Source: Neophaeotheca triangularis (taxonomy: Eukaryota). Taken from it: a DNA stretch of 60,992 nucleotides. The position numbers and the translations under genes were made by a program. The notes under the pieces were generated by a model. It ran no database searches. It was given only the letters and a program-made list of their open reading frames with translations, and was not told the origin of the DNA. The stretch is from assembly GCA_054600435.1 (NCBI GenBank), contig BAAIJX010000035.1, positions 186,001-246,992 on the forward strand. The letters are read 5' to 3'. Positions 59,762 to 60,992 of the stretch are shown one piece after another (the stretch's first letter is position 1; the number at the start of each line of letters is the position of its first letter).

Positions 59762-60547
59762 ATGCGCATCACCAGCACCACCGCGCTCGCGCTCCTCGCG
59801 CCCCTCCTCAGCGTCGCCCAAGACCAGCAAGGCCCCAACGCCTTCATCATCCCGGACCCCGGCCTCTCCTTCGTCGCAGGCGAATCCACCACGGTAGAAT
59901 GGGACCCCACAACCGACGGGACCGTGACACTGATCCTGCGCTCGGGCTCCAGCAACAACCTGGCCGAAGGCAGCGTCATCGCGAGCGAAATCGACAACTC
60001 GGGCTCCTACACCTGGACCCCCGACCAAGACATCACGCGCGGCAGCGACTACACGCTCCAAATCGTCTCCGACGACAACCCGGACGAGACAAACTACACG
60101 CCCTACTTCGTCGTCGACTCGGACAACACGGTGGCCAGCGTGACGGGCGACGCCACTCTCGGCGCCCCGACCCAGAGCGCCGCCCTACCACCCACTAGCA
60201 CCGCGCAGCCCACGGGCTCCCTGACCGATTTCCTGTCCACGGCCACCACAACCAACATGGCCGAGTCGACCATGTCGGACGAGGATATGACCTCGGAAGC
60301 TGCCGTCGCCACGACCACCACCGCGACCACGACGGATGCTGACGGCAGCTCCGTCACTTCCACCGTCACCACTACGGCTACCGAGGACGTAAGTGCCACC
60401 GGCGCCGATGCCGAGGAGACTACGGGCGCGGGTTTCCAGGGCCAGGAGGATGAGGACGGCGCCGATGCGGACGAGAGCGCTGCTACTAGGCTTTCCGCCG
60501 TCGTTGGGCTGCTGGGGCTCGTGGCGTTGGGGGCTTTTGCTTTGTAG
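59762..60547 (+). CDS. Second Ser/Thr-rich GPI-anchored protein with Kre9/Knh1 N-terminal-like domain, intronless (261 aa)
   Basis: Signal peptide; AGESTTVEWDPTTDGTVTLILRSGSSNNL...IDNSGSYTWTP...GSDYTLQI...NYTPYF; Thr/Ser/Asp stalk; hydrophobic GPI signal at the C-terminus. Confidence 0.9.
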   Translation: MRITSTTALALLAPLLSVAQDQQGPNAFIIPDPGLSFVAGESTTVEWDPTTDGTVTLILRSGSSNNLAEGSVIASEIDNSGSYTWTPDQDITRGSDYTLQIVSDDNPDETNYTPYFVVDSDNTVASVTGDATLGAPTQSAALPPTSTAQPTGSLTDFLSTATTTNMAESTMSDEDMTSEAAVATTTTATTTDADGSSVTSTVTTTATEDVSATGADAEETTGAGFQGQEDEDGADADESAATRLSAVVGLLGLVALGAFAL

Positions 60548-60992
60548 GTAAAGGTTTGCGGTTTTTTCCAGTCCGGGCTTATGGATGGGCCTTGTTCAGT
60601 TTATGTCCGCAACACGCCCCTGGGACGGGGTTTTTTTTTAGCGTGCGCGCTTTGTTGTTGTACAGTACGGTAATACCCCCTCCCCGCCAACATAGCGGGA
60701 AGGAAATCGCCAAGAGGGGCTCAAACACGGTTGCGAGTGGGCTTGTCGGCTAGCGAAGGAGGGAAAGAGGGAGGTCCACGGTAAAAACGTTCAGCACACG
60801 AAAAATATTAATCTCCCAAGACGCTTTTTTTTTGTGCTGGCACTTCTCCCGACCTTTTCAAACCGCTCTTCCCATCGACTCTCTTGGTTGCCGCAGGAGG
60901 GGGGGGGGGGGGGGGGTTTTTTTTACCATAGCATTTTATTATTTAAATTTAAATTATAGGGGCACCACAAACACAAAGAGCAAAAAAGGGGG

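Noticed and set aside
60898..60992. Poly-G/poly-T/AT-rich end of window as an element boundary
   Set aside because: Homopolymer runs only; no terminal repeat or coding evidence within the window.
1..60992. tRNA, snRNA, rRNA, riboswitch or CRISPR features
   Set aside because: No diagnostic motifs found by eye; tRNAscan-SE/Infernal would be needed to exclude them.

Overview
Eukaryotic, gene-dense DNA from a filamentous ascomycete, with short GT-AG introns carrying CTAAC/CTGAC branch sites. The style suggests a Dothideomycete, but that is inference. Recognisable genes in order: 3' part of VPS13; a pseudogenised retropepsin-like gene head-to-head with a DUF6594-type membrane-protein gene; a cutinase with a long repetitive KR-punctuated pro-region; a Zn2Cys6 (Upc2-like) regulator divergent from a MARVEL protein; a secreted tyrosinase; nuclear ATP9; an NRAMP (SMF) transporter; mitoribosomal S7; a conserved hypothetical protein; RIM15 kinase; RPB4; a LIM-RhoGAP (LRG1-like); an ELMO/CED-12 protein; SEC10; a RIP-like coiled-coil pseudogene; and two tandem Ser/Thr-rich GPI-anchored Kre9/Knh1-N-like genes. 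The most interesting signal is the 7.8-10.6 kb divergent pair of a retropepsin-fold protease relic and a DUF6594 membrane protein. Both appear damaged, and they could be a protease/membrane-effector module (hypothesis only). Also notable are near-total lysine avoidance in three secreted proteins and the modular cutinase precursor. I recognised no rRNA, tRNA, CRISPR or intact transposon by eye. All domain calls come from motif recognition, not database searches.
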